A stretch of 63,625 nucleotides of DNA, counting the filler, from Choristocarpus tenellus KU-1152 (Eukaryota; Protista; Phaeophyceae), in the NCBI GenBank assembly GCA_964200185.2. It is 14 parts of 14 records of this genome, joined end to end, with 100 filler letters (N's around TTAATTAATTAA, not from the genome) between each part and the next. Parts side by side here need not be neighbours in the genome. Positions count along the whole stretch, not along the records: positions 47,851 to 51,852 come from CAXNAD020016723.1; positions 51,953 to 56,070 come from CAXNAD020016122.1; positions 56,171 to 60,910 come from CAXNAD020013253.1; positions 61,011 to 63,625 come from CAXNAD020026254.1; 10 more parts are not named here. The stretch is one strand, 5' to 3'. Positions 51,265 through 62,218 of this stretch are shown here, piece after piece. The notes under the pieces were generated by a model. The model made no database searches. It worked only from the letters and a program-made list of their open reading frames with translations, and was not told the origin of the DNA. The first letter of the stretch is position 1. Each line of letters opens with the position of its first letter. The position numbers were made by a program, and so were the translations under genes.

Positions 51265-52364
51265 GTATCATATCATATCATATCGTATCGTATCGTATCA
51301 TGTATCGTATCATTTTAAGGGCATTCAGATTTGTCAATATCTTGATATTTACTGAGGTGTGCTGCATTTAGTTTATTCTTATCATAGTGTCCAAGAATTT
51401 CAGATAATCTGTCAATAATAATAATAATAATAGTAATAATAATAATATGTGTTCTGATGGGATTGGGTTTAGGGTTAGGAATATCTTATCTCAGAGAGGG
51501 GTGTTGTTGAGTGAAAATATGGTATTTCTGTGACTGTCCTCTGCTGCATGCACATCTAGCAGTCATGGAAGAGTGAAGTTCATGTACAGTTTGTTTGGAA
51601 GAGTGTTTTTAGTTGGTAATAGCAATAGCGCAATTGAGACATTGCTAATTCTGTTTTAAAATAAAATAAAATTCCCTCACACATACATTTTACCCTGGAG
51701 CTTACCTGATCGTGTTTGTATTTGGGCATAATACGTTTGGTACTGGGGTGAAACCATTAAAAATGGTGTACCTTCTAAGAGGAGGGTCGATTTGCCCCCC
51801 CCCCCCCCCCCCACCCCCCCGCGTCCCCCCATCCCTACTTCCCCCCTCGCCANNNNNNNNNNNNNNNNNNNNNNNNNNNNNNNNNNNNNNNNNNNNTTAA
51901 TTAATTAANNNNNNNNNNNNNNNNNNNNNNNNNNNNNNNNNNNNNNNNNNNNACGCGCATCTCCCATGGTACCCATATCATCTTGAGTCTTGTCCTTGTG
52001 CAATGCAGCTTTTGTAGCATTTTGGTTGGCTATAACACTACGGGGAGAAAATTGGGCGATATATATAACTTTCCGATAGTGGATTTCATTTTGTAAAAAC
52101 ACTAAGGTGAATGCTTCGGAACTTAAATACCCTCCTATTCTTAATATGAAGTTTCTCCTAATCTCTATAAAAAATATAATATTAAAACAATAAAGTGGTA
52201 CCAATACCTTAGCGTCCTGGAGTAATCTTCCTGTTTTTCAGTCTTTCCACAAGAGGTATACAACATAAATATCAAATGAAAGAAGTTTATGTTAAGAGGT
52301 GTTGAAGACTTGTATGCACGAATGAATGTACTAACTCCAGTAAATGTGAACTATGTATATGCCC

Positions 52365-53765
52365 CGACCAAAGTATGGTAAAAACGAGGGAAAACATCTC
52401 CAGCGCAATTTTGATGGTCAAAAACTCAAAAGATACAAAAATGAAATGGTTGGCTGAATTCCCTACAAAAAAATGATCAGGGGTAGACCCCAACCCAACT
52501 AACCATATATGTACTTGTGGCAATACCAAAAAAAAAGCAAGATTTGCAGGCATTTTTTTAGCGCCATTTGCAGACTTTTTGAGAGCACACACACAGGTGA
52601 CCCACACAGCAACAAGAACCATGATGGTGAAACAAGGAGAGCCGCCGAGCCCACCCTGCCCCCTGGATCTACCCTCGCGACCTTCTCTGTTGAGAGGCAA
52701 CAGAAAAACAAGCACCGTGTGGCATTCGGTGCCATGTTAGGTGACGAGAAAGTGCGTGTAATGTAGTGCAGCAACATGATCAAATCGCGACATGGACCAC
52801 TCGGCCGCGACACTGACGCTAAGAGAAGAAGCATGGGAAGCATTACCACACAAACGTGGTTGGATATTCAACCACGTCGGAGCACTGCTCTGCAGTCTCT
52901 TCCACCTCGGGAAAGCAGGAAGAGAGCAGCAAGTCCATCACCAGGTGTGGTATAGTGACGAAGTCTGTGGGGAAGCCTGGTTACGGCGGGTGACGGGAGA
53001 ACCAGAGTGACCGGTCAAAGGGAAGGTTGGGGAGGAGAGCAGTGCGACTGCGTGCCAATGTGCTCAGGAAATGCCTAAGCGAAAACCCGGGTGTAGAATA
53101 TCTTAGTAGTCGACAATTGCAGCAGGCCCTAGCTGTTTGGAGGCTATGTGAGCCGGAGTGGCTTAGGAAGCGAGAAAGAAGGTGTTAGGGTTGGGCTACA
53201 AGGACTTTGAAGCCCGAAAGAAGGTAACCCATTTCCGGCCCTTTATGAGGAAATGTGATAGTAAAGACTCTAACACTGTGAATCCTACAGCTGCGTATGA
53301 ACGACGGGAAAGACCATCAAACGGCGCTCGAGATGGCAGCAGGATATGCGATGGTCAGGTTAGGATTAGGGTTAGGGTTTGGGTTTGGGAGAGAGACTTC
53401 CGAACTAAGGGCCACATCAAGGTGTCGGATCAAGTGCGCGACGAGAGGCGTTTCGTCTGGGCCTCGACGAGGAGATCCTTACCGAGGTCAAAGAGTGCGT
53501 GCGCGAACACACAAGAAGAAAGGGTGGGGAGGCTTTTCGCCGTCTAAACCCTGTACTTTAGTCAAATAATAGTGTATCTGTGGCCACTCTTGGTGACCTA
53601 CAATCCTGGGTTCGAACCCCAATATGACCAGTCTTTCTTCAATAATAGAAAAAAATGTCGAAAAAAAACACGAAGCCCGTATTCCAGAGGGCCTTGTGAT
53701 GGGCATCACGATTATGCTTTTATTTTTTAATCCGATGTCTTCATCAAAAGTTATGATGGGACAAC
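52365..53765 (+). mobile_element. Decayed transposase-like element, copy 2
   Basis: 52740-53760 is colinear with 7774-9550 (ALPHKRGW.FNHVG..; WERDFRTKGHI). It lacks the nested MITEs and has an internal deletion. The 5' boundary at CGACCAAAGTAT (52365) is tentative. Confidence 0.6.
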
Positions 53766-55999
53766 CCCAGACGTATAAGTTATTGTTACCACTATACCAG
53801 TTCAATATTTCACTTGGTTTTCTACATTCTCGCTCGAACCAACAATCTCTACTATGTATACTACTACTACTGTTAATAGGATGAATAATTCGAGAGATGG
53901 GTGGTTTCCTTGATACTCTTCTTCGCTCATCTCCTTCTTCACTAATCTCTCACTCGTTTTACGTCGGTCCTCATTCATTCAAACAAGTATACAGAAAGTG
54001 ACCAACACAACGTGTACTAGCAAAGATACTTGTGAGTTTGCTTCTCCTTGTTCTATCATTCGTATACCTCACCATGTCTGCCACCTCAATGACATATTTG
54101 ATGGGCAACATGGACAAAAATCAGCTGCACCTTTACTATCTCTGTGCCGAAAGGACACTTTGGGGCTGCCACCATCTGCCCTCATAGTTTAGGGAGAAAC
54201 AGTATATGATGTTTCTTCCTCCATAGGGCGCTGTGTGCTGCAAAGATGCGGTATATAATCCCTTTTTGAATGGAGTACACGACTCTCAGGCATATCCAAC
54301 CGCCCTTCGCCTTGAACATATTCCACCATCTCTACATTACAATACTTCAATATCCCTTCCACATATTCAAATCATGTCCACATGCCATGGTCTTTCGACT
54401 CCATTGCATTCCATTTACCAGATTCATATGATCCATTGTAACTATATCACACTGCACCGTTCATTCCAATACAGAAACAATACTATCCCTCTCAATCACA
54501 TCCTATTCATCTCGTACCTACCCCCCACTGCAGTCCCCACAACACAGCCGAATGCTATATCTTATCACTCATTGACCATTTACATAACATACATATATGC
54601 ACCTTCTTTTGAACATTTTATGCATTTGCACAGCAATACACAAAGTAACAGTAATCCAATTCCTGCCCTAACCGCTTTTGCTGAAATCTACTGTAACTAA
54701 TACTTAGCTCTCTCCACTTCTTAAACTTCTTCCTGCTGCAAAACCCTTCCAAGAGTACATATCCTATCTCCATCTGAACTCCTTGTGTACAGTTATACAC
54801 ATTGTCTACAACTTATCCCAACCATACCTTCACCCCGTTTGTACAATATAATGAATGGTCGATAACACCATTTATTTACATCTTCGCTGCCCATGGAACA
54901 ATCCATGCAATGTATGATAGCGCTTACCTCACCCATACATTGACCTCTTTTCTCTACATCTCTTTGTGTAAACTACCACTCTTCTAATGTGTATATTTCG
55001 CCTTCTTCTGTTCAGTAATGGACTGGATACAACGAATCTAATTGATGGTCTTAACTTCTGTTGTGTGATTATACACGTCAGATAACAATACTTCCACTCA
55101 TACCCCCAAGCTCTCTCCTACATCCGCACAGAGGTTTAATACCTCTCTCACATATATCTTAATTAATCTCTTCTCCACAACTCTACACGTTGATATCACT
55201 CAACAGTATCTATCTTTACCCTTGTTTGCAATATAATATTCTTCATGTACCTGTCCTATACATTCCTTCACCACCACCTATCTAGTACCACTCACCCATT
55301 CTTTCATCTACCCCCTCTGTACATCATCAGTAATCATTATGCACCGCAAATGTCATGCATGCCCTTTACCCTGTTTGTTCACACCAGCGAACAACAACTG
55401 GCAATCACCCCTTTCACACCTTTGCCTCCATCCTACATCTATGTGCATGGAGTCTCACTTAGCCCATCCATTCCCCTCCACTTCTTCTCTACACCTCTAT
55501 ACATCAAGTGCCACTTATTCCATATATATAACTTCTCCTTTTCAGCAATATACATCGGGGAATATTCCTCCAGATAATACAATATCCTCTTCTGGACAGT
55601 TACACACATAGAGTATCATTGGGCCCATTCATACCTCAAGCTCTTTCCCACATCTATACACCTGAACTTCACCTCCCCCGTCCATGTATCCACTTTCTGC
55701 GGAACAATACATATTAAGTCCCACTCAATGGTCTCTACCTTAACCCCTCCTCTGCACTACCATACTACTGTCTTGTGGCATATATGGCTATACCTTTTCC
55801 GTAGAGCAATACTCATCTCTTACCACCTCTTCTATTCACTCGAATCCACTGAACACTTCAGCAGGAAATGAGTACATATTTTTGAAGCCATGCCTGACAC
55901 TTTTGCCCATGTACGTTCACCTTTCTTTGGGGCAATCTATATAAAGTAATGTAGCTCATCTACCATTTGTACCTTTATCCTCTTTCTACGCATGGAGCA

Positions 56000-56070
56000 A
56001 GGTCAAAGTATCTGGGGGGGGGGGGGTGTCGGCGTCCGTTTTTCACCCTTTTTTCGCTTTTCACTTTTTT
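56000..56070 (+). mobile_element. MITE family C left end at contig end
   Basis: AGGTCAAAGTATCTGGGGGGGGGGGGGTGTCGGCGTCCGTTTTT. Confidence 0.82.
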
Positions 56071-56235
56071 NNNNNNNNNNNNNNNNNNNNNNNNNNNNNN
56101 NNNNNNNNNNNNNNTTAATTAATTAANNNNNNNNNNNNNNNNNNNNNNNNNNNNNNNNNNNNNNNNNNNNCTCCTGCGATACAAGTTTCTTAACGCATTG
56201 TATTATTTCGTTAGAAAACGAAAAAAAGAAAGAAA

Positions 56236-56277
<42 letters not shown>

Positions 56278-56659
56278 AGAGACTTCTCTTGGGCATTGTT
56301 GTTGGATGAGGGGTGTCTATTGTACAGTAGAGCGCTTCTCTTACTATCTCAATCCTCGATCATCGTCTGAAATAGTGATCCAACCGCCTTAAACTACTAC
56401 ATACTACATACTGTCCATACAATAGTGTAGCGTAGTAGTGCTATTGTTGTGCAGGTTTGATTGCTCCTCACCTAGCTCATCAAAAGATGCGCCCAACATT
56501 ACTTTCCTGTTTTTCTCAGGAGATGAGTTCCTCCCTGATGCTTCTTCAGGGTACAGAATAGATCAACTACATTTTCTTCCTTTATTGCATTGCACCCCCA
56601 CCCTCTTGCATTTCCCCCTCCCACTTCTGAAGCTTTGTACACCAATCAGGACCTCTCAC

Positions 56660-58064
56660 AGACAGTGCTTGGTCCAAAGAGAACCCCCCCACATCCAGCA
56701 CAAGCCCAATATCGACCTTCCCACCAACACACTTCACCACCAATGCACCGGGGTTCACCTTCCCCAGTGCTTCCTCAAGAAAATCCGGCTGGCCAAAAAT
56801 GAGGACAGGGAGGGAATAAGGAGGAAAACATGGGATAAATGATTATATGCTCCTCTGGAGCACCCCTTACGTAAACTTTAATGATAGTGACAATAGGGAT
56901 TTTTGGTGCATGCAATGCTTTCCAATCACTGAAGACCATAGGCACTGCAGGGGCCCATAGCCAAAAAACACTTAACATGTTCACACAAGCAAACAACACA
57001 GTCGAGGCGTATGTGCTCCTGAACAAACGAGTCTGCAAAAAATGTCTGTAGCAGAAGATAGGACACGGCAGAGTGGGGTTGGGCGACTGGTGGTTTATGT
57101 CACAGAAGAGTGAAAAGAACAAAGGCAGGGGGGTTGATTTGGCTAGTGCGGTTGGACCGTGTGCTGACTGGTGGGAAAGTAGAGTGTATTTCACAAGCGT
57201 TGACAAGTCCAATCATGGAAGGAGAGTCATCATCGGTTGGGCAGAGCACGCTTGCCTACCATGATTTGAACGTAATCCTGGTCGTAATTGCGACCCATTC
57301 ATAATCATTAAGGCTAGATTGTGAAATTGGACAACTTCACGGAAGAATATAAAAAATCACCTGAAGGACGGGAGCGAGCTCGGCTAGCCCTGAACATTCC
57401 AGAATCACACCATCCAGTGATGTCTGCAACGCTGGTATGGGGGTGGAGGGGACCCCACCGGCATCATCATCACCATTGTCAACTCCTGACTGCGCTCCTC
57501 GCTTCGTCTGGGTTTCGCTGGGTGGGTCGTCCCCCGATTGTGCGTTCTGCACCAGTTGTTTCAGGGCGTCGACGAGGTCACCTCTAACCCTGCAGCACAT
57601 ATGTAAAGAGAAGGGTGAGGTGGCATGACACACCATGATCAATACGTATCATGTTAGTCCACCTGCTGAGCCTCCTCTCCACGTTGTAGGGATCCATTAA
57701 CGAGAAGAGAGTCATCGATGGGGACCTCACCGAATTCGTTCTCGATTACAGCCAGGCGCCGTCCATGCCTTGCTGAGAGCACATGATTCACGAAGGTTGT
57801 TTTACCTGCACCGAGGAAACCGGTTACCACTGTACAGGGTATTCTTCTCTTGCGCAACGTTTCACACCTCTCTGCTTCTTCTTTTTTTCGTAAAGAGGCT
57901 GTCCACCCGCGGTCTGACGCTGTCTTCCCCGAAATGCTCGACCGGAACTGTCGTCGACGGGACGCCAAGTTGGTTGGTGATGACCTGAGAGCACCCTCCT
58001 CTTCAGGTGGGAATCTGAAGGGAACATCTATCGAAGATTTTTCCCTCTCGCAGAAGATACACAT
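56660..58064 (-). CDS. COG0523/CobW (ZNG1-like) G3E GTPase with damaged motifs, possibly a pseudogene; exons 58064-57663, ~57600-57361, 57045-~56977, 56788-56660
   Basis: Walker A GFLGAGKTT; LAVIENEFGEVPIDD; (M)CCRVRGDL; ILECSGLA (ExxG); TFFAD..RLDCVVCLC; LGKVNPGA..GKVDIGLVLDVGGFSLDQAL. Intron 1 has no in-frame AG acceptor, and no NKxD-coding segment was found. Confidence 0.85.
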
Positions 58065-58277
58065 CAAGAACGGTGGCTGGTGCCTTAGGTCCTTCCTGGC
58101 TTTGTGAAAGTGGTGGGTCTTGCAAACTTCTGTATTGCCACTTTTCAATCCTCAACAATTTCATAAATCTGGAGTTTTACCCCTTGGGAGGCCTACAAAC
58201 CCTCTCTACAACCCTTACCAAAACCCTGCTCTTCTCCATGCCCAACCTTCTCCTAACGGGCTAACTGAGCTTTTGAT
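58065..58277. promoter_or_regulatory. Putative bidirectional promoter between the CobW-like gene and MAT1
   Basis: Only 213 bp separate the divergent ATGs at 58064 (-) and 58278 (+) on the same contig. Confidence 0.6.
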
Positions 58278-60745
58278 ATGGTTGTCGACGAACTCACGTG
58301 TGCACTATGCCGAGGTGCTGAAGATGCTGCTGATAACCTCACGCAACAGAAGCTCCTCGTGAACAATAAATGCGGCCACCGATTGTGAGTGTTTGCTACC
58401 TGGAGATGACCTATCCTTGTAGATTATGTAGGAAAAGGGGACGGAGGACAAGCTCCCACAGACAATTTGTCGATCTGAAATCCTCTTACCAGCAATGGAA
58501 TTTTATTTCCAAACTTCTGATTGCGTGTTACCTTTCTTGAACTGAGTGGAGATCGCAAATTGCACTTCGGTATGGTGATGGTATATTGTAACAGACCTGG
58601 ATATTCCTTATATATCTACCTGGACATTTTTGACAGCACGGACCGATGATGATCATGGTGCTATTTTCTGCTGCTATCGAGGAATCCTTCTGAGCACATT
58701 GGTCAAGAATTTAAAATAGTCGAAGTTCAAAGTAGAGTACAAGTCGCTATCCTGTTCCCCCCATGTCGATCATTGCCATGCCCTCTAGGTGGACTTGCAA
58801 CTCTCGCATCGTAACCACTCCCTATCGCAAACTTGGTATTACAGTCACCAGGCGTGCGTGGAAAAGGAGCTCAACCGACGAAAGTCATTTCCCTGCCCTG
58901 TGTGTCAGACGCAAGTCCGGCGTGCTGGTCTCACTGAGAAGACGCTAGACGAGCTAGAGGTGGCCCGGGATGTCGCCGTCCGCAAACGTGTCGTCAAGAT
59001 GTGTGTAGCCCACCACTCCGCGTAGGCAGGTGTTAATGCTGTGGGTCATAGTTCGATCTCCCTACCCCACTTTTCTTCCCTAGCGGCTCTTTCGCTAGTG
59101 CCTTGACTGTTAACCAACGAGGAGATGCCCCCACCCTCCCCCATTGACCACTTCTCATCATGAGATCAGTTATCGAAGAGTGCATAGGAGTGTGATTGCG
59201 TGCAGTTGCGGCTGAGGGTATGTTCTACACTTTGTTCATATTGAGTACAGGGTGAAGTAGATTAGATCCGCCCTTGCTAAAGCCGTCACCTCAGCCGATA
59301 ACGAACTCTCTCCGATCATGATTCAACTACCTCCCTCGTGTAAACATTCACCCTTCCTGTGGTCCAGCTTCAATCGTACTGAAGTAGATTTCGAAGGTAA
59401 TTTGCAGGCGTACAATAACTACCTGGAGGAGATGGAAGACCTCATTTTCGCAATGACAAGTGGCACCAAGGAGGAGGCAGATGCAGCTGCGACCACCTTG
59501 CGTTCTTATGAGGAGAAGAACAAGGCAGAGATCACGCGAAATGCTGCCAAGAGGTACTACAAAGAAAGGAAGGGTTGATGTTGGGATGGCTAGAGGTTAA
59601 TATTGAACACGGGTGTTTGGCGACAAGCACAGGTGCAAGCATCCAAAGAGGTAGTGTGCAGATATGTTGTCCTACACGAGGGAGTTGATGGCCCATGTTA
59701 TTGGCACTGCAATCATTGGAAGGCTATACCTCTTTTTGCTGGACACATGCGCGTAACCACTGCAAATTCTCCTAATCAAACTCAATCAATATCCCTTCCC
59801 TACTGGTAGACACAATAGGCCGATGTCAAACACAAAACTTAGTTGCCCAACTGAATCCTTGATTGCACTATTTGCAGGGTTGACAATGAACGCCTCATGG
59901 AAGAGCAGCTGGCAGCGGCAAGACAACAGCAGGTGGGACGCCAACCGTGCCACTTTTTTTGTCAGTAGTAGACCCACATAGCCAGGAGATGAAAGGGCGC
60001 GAGAACTTGAGGGGTTCGGCAACAGGGAATGGTGCCGATGAAGCAGGAGAGACAAGGGATAAAGAATGTCATAAGGTTGCAAGGTTGAAATGGCACAAAG
60101 AAATAAGACATCTACAGTAGTGCTGTGGCCGTTGTGGCACTGGTCCATTGTCACAGTTTGTGGTCTCATCGGAGATGTATTGGGTGCTCGGGAGCTATTG
60201 AACTTTTGCATCATGAAAAAATAGCCTGTAGGGCAGGGCTAGGGACTGGTGCAAGGGTACAAGAAGGGCATGGGTAAGGGTTGGTGTGGCGGAGATAAGG
60301 CCTGAGGTCCCGTAAACAGCAGCAGTTATTACAAGTTCGGCAAAGTCATGAGGTATTTCAAGGGCTGGGTTATTGTGGGATAGGAATTTGTCTCCTGGTT
60401 TTCAGGATCCGCAGATTAGGTGTGTGCTCAAGAATAGAAAAGATGGGGCTAATTGTCACTCCCCAATAGTCATACCCAAACCAAACCACTATCTTGGGAG
60501 GTGTGATCGATGAAAAGACATGCATGTCTCCTCAGCTGCTGCTGGTTCAACTCCCTTTGACAAAGATATATATATATTTTTATTTAATTTTGTGCTGACT
60601 TGTCAGGAGAGCCGCAAGCATTACAACCAGCTTGAGGAGGCACGAAGTCAGCAGCACGCCCGAAAGCTCAAACTTGAAGCTCAGGAGGTGGCTCTGGGAG
60701 AGAGAGACCATGTTACAGCAACCCTGGGAGATGCCTACTTCTTGG
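58278..60745 (+). CDS. MNAT1: CDK-activating kinase assembly factor MAT1 / TFIIH Tfb3, 5' part; exons 58278-58384, 58845-59000, 59368-59553, 59878-59932, 60607-60745
   Basis: Spliced in frame: MVVDELTCALC..KLLVNNKCGHRF|HQACVEKELNRRKSFPCPVC..EVARDVAVRKRVVKI|FNRTEVDF..LQAYNNYLEEMEDLIF..YEEKNKAEITRN, matching MAT1 KLMVNVCGH..C..CP.C..EV.IRK.V.KIYNK.E.DF..L..YN.FLEE.E..F. Confidence 0.93.
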
Positions 60746-61096
60746 GTGAGACAGTCTGCCGCAAAAGGAGGAGACATATGAGTGTGGGATCGTGAAAAAC
60801 TTGACCCCCAGGAAGTTGAATTTCGAGTATGTTGAGTGCTGGGGTTGGGGGGGGGGGGGGGGGGGGGTGGGGCTGAAAAACCCCCAAGCCTGGCCGGGGG
60901 GGGGAATTCCNNNNNNNNNNNNNNNNNNNNNNNNNNNNNNNNNNNNNNNNNNNNTTAATTAATTAANNNNNNNNNNNNNNNNNNNNNNNNNNNNNNNNNN
61001 NNNNNNNNNNGGGGGCACTCATCCATACAGTTACGCCCTAATAGATTATGCAACACGACACGTGATGGTTAAGGAGGGGGGGGGGGGCACACTTGC

Positions 61097-62218
61097 CTGA
61101 AGAGCTGGGAAGATGTAAAGGGTGAAGATGTTTGAGTCACTGGGTGGAAATGATGTCACCATGCTAAGTAAAGCACGCAATGAACGGAGGGCAGTGGCAC
61201 GAACTGTGGGAAGAGCATCATCCAAGAGAGTCATGGTGTACTGCACTCCAAGGCAACAACAGCAGGACCAAGGTAGGGAAAGGGCGATGAAAATGTAGGT
61301 AAGGAATGCATGGCGAAGTATGGACTTGCACTTGTCGATAGTTAGAAGTTAGTTAGAAGTTAGTTAGATGAAGGAGTGAAGGAGGGGAGGCCTGAGGAAC
61401 CCACAAAGAATTGTACACAGTAGTAAATGGTAGTAGTCAGAGATAAGCACAAGAGATAACATTGATGAGGTTTTCAATGTCATCAGGTCGAGGTAAAGAT
61501 AAGGAGGAGGAGGAGGAGGAGGAGGAGGAGAGTCTTTTCAGCACAACAACGCAATGGTGACCTGTGTATGTATTGCTGGAGAGGCTTGAATACTGCAGCA
61601 GGCTGTCGAACACCATACAGTATGCACAACAAACAGCATACATACACCACACATGCACCAACACACAACACCAAGACAAAACAATCCAACGTACACACCT
61701 CATGGGCCACCATCCCAAGAGACGTGTCAACCACACCACAGTACCATAGATAGACCACCTTGTCCCACTAGTCCCGACAATATCACTAATCCTAACAACC
61801 ACTCAGTGCAAGCACACACCTCACCCTCAATGAACTCACCGGCACAAGCCTCTGCAGGCGAGCCTCATCATCACAACAACGCCCAAATGCTACCAGAAGG
61901 TTCAATGCAAGAATTCGACTCCGAGGGTACCGAAGGTGGCGTAGGCAGGAACAGACCACCTGTACCAGAATGATCAAGCCGCTATCTCCCCTTCCCCGAG
62001 CTATAGCCCCCCCCCCGGCCCTAGCTACCCCTGCCGCACCGACAGCTGGAGAGGAGGGGGGTATTGTGTCAGTGGGAGGACTGGAAGCTGTCGAGGTTTC
62101 CCCTCTTCCTGCCCTAGTCTCCTCCTGTGCTCCTGCTGCTTCACTGGAAGCTTCATCACTATTTTTCATTGTCACAGACATGTCTGCCCCAAGGGCCTCG
62201 ACTCGTGCAATGATGGCC
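61097..62218 (-). CDS. VPS15: Vps15/PIK3R4 (PI3K regulatory kinase) HEAT region, internal exons 62218-61840 and 61240-61097
   Basis: GLIILVQVVCSCLRHLRYPRSRILALNLL..DDEARLQRLVP|YTMTLLDDALPTVRATALRSL..FPPSDSNIFTLYIFPAL matches the Vps15 post-kinase HEAT repeats. Confidence 0.9.

Noticed and set aside
53560-53630. tRNA/SINE-like fold with GGTTCGAACCC B-box
   Set aside because: No proper D or anticodon arms; it lies inside the transposase-like element, and the paralogue at ~9410 lacks the TTCGAA loop.
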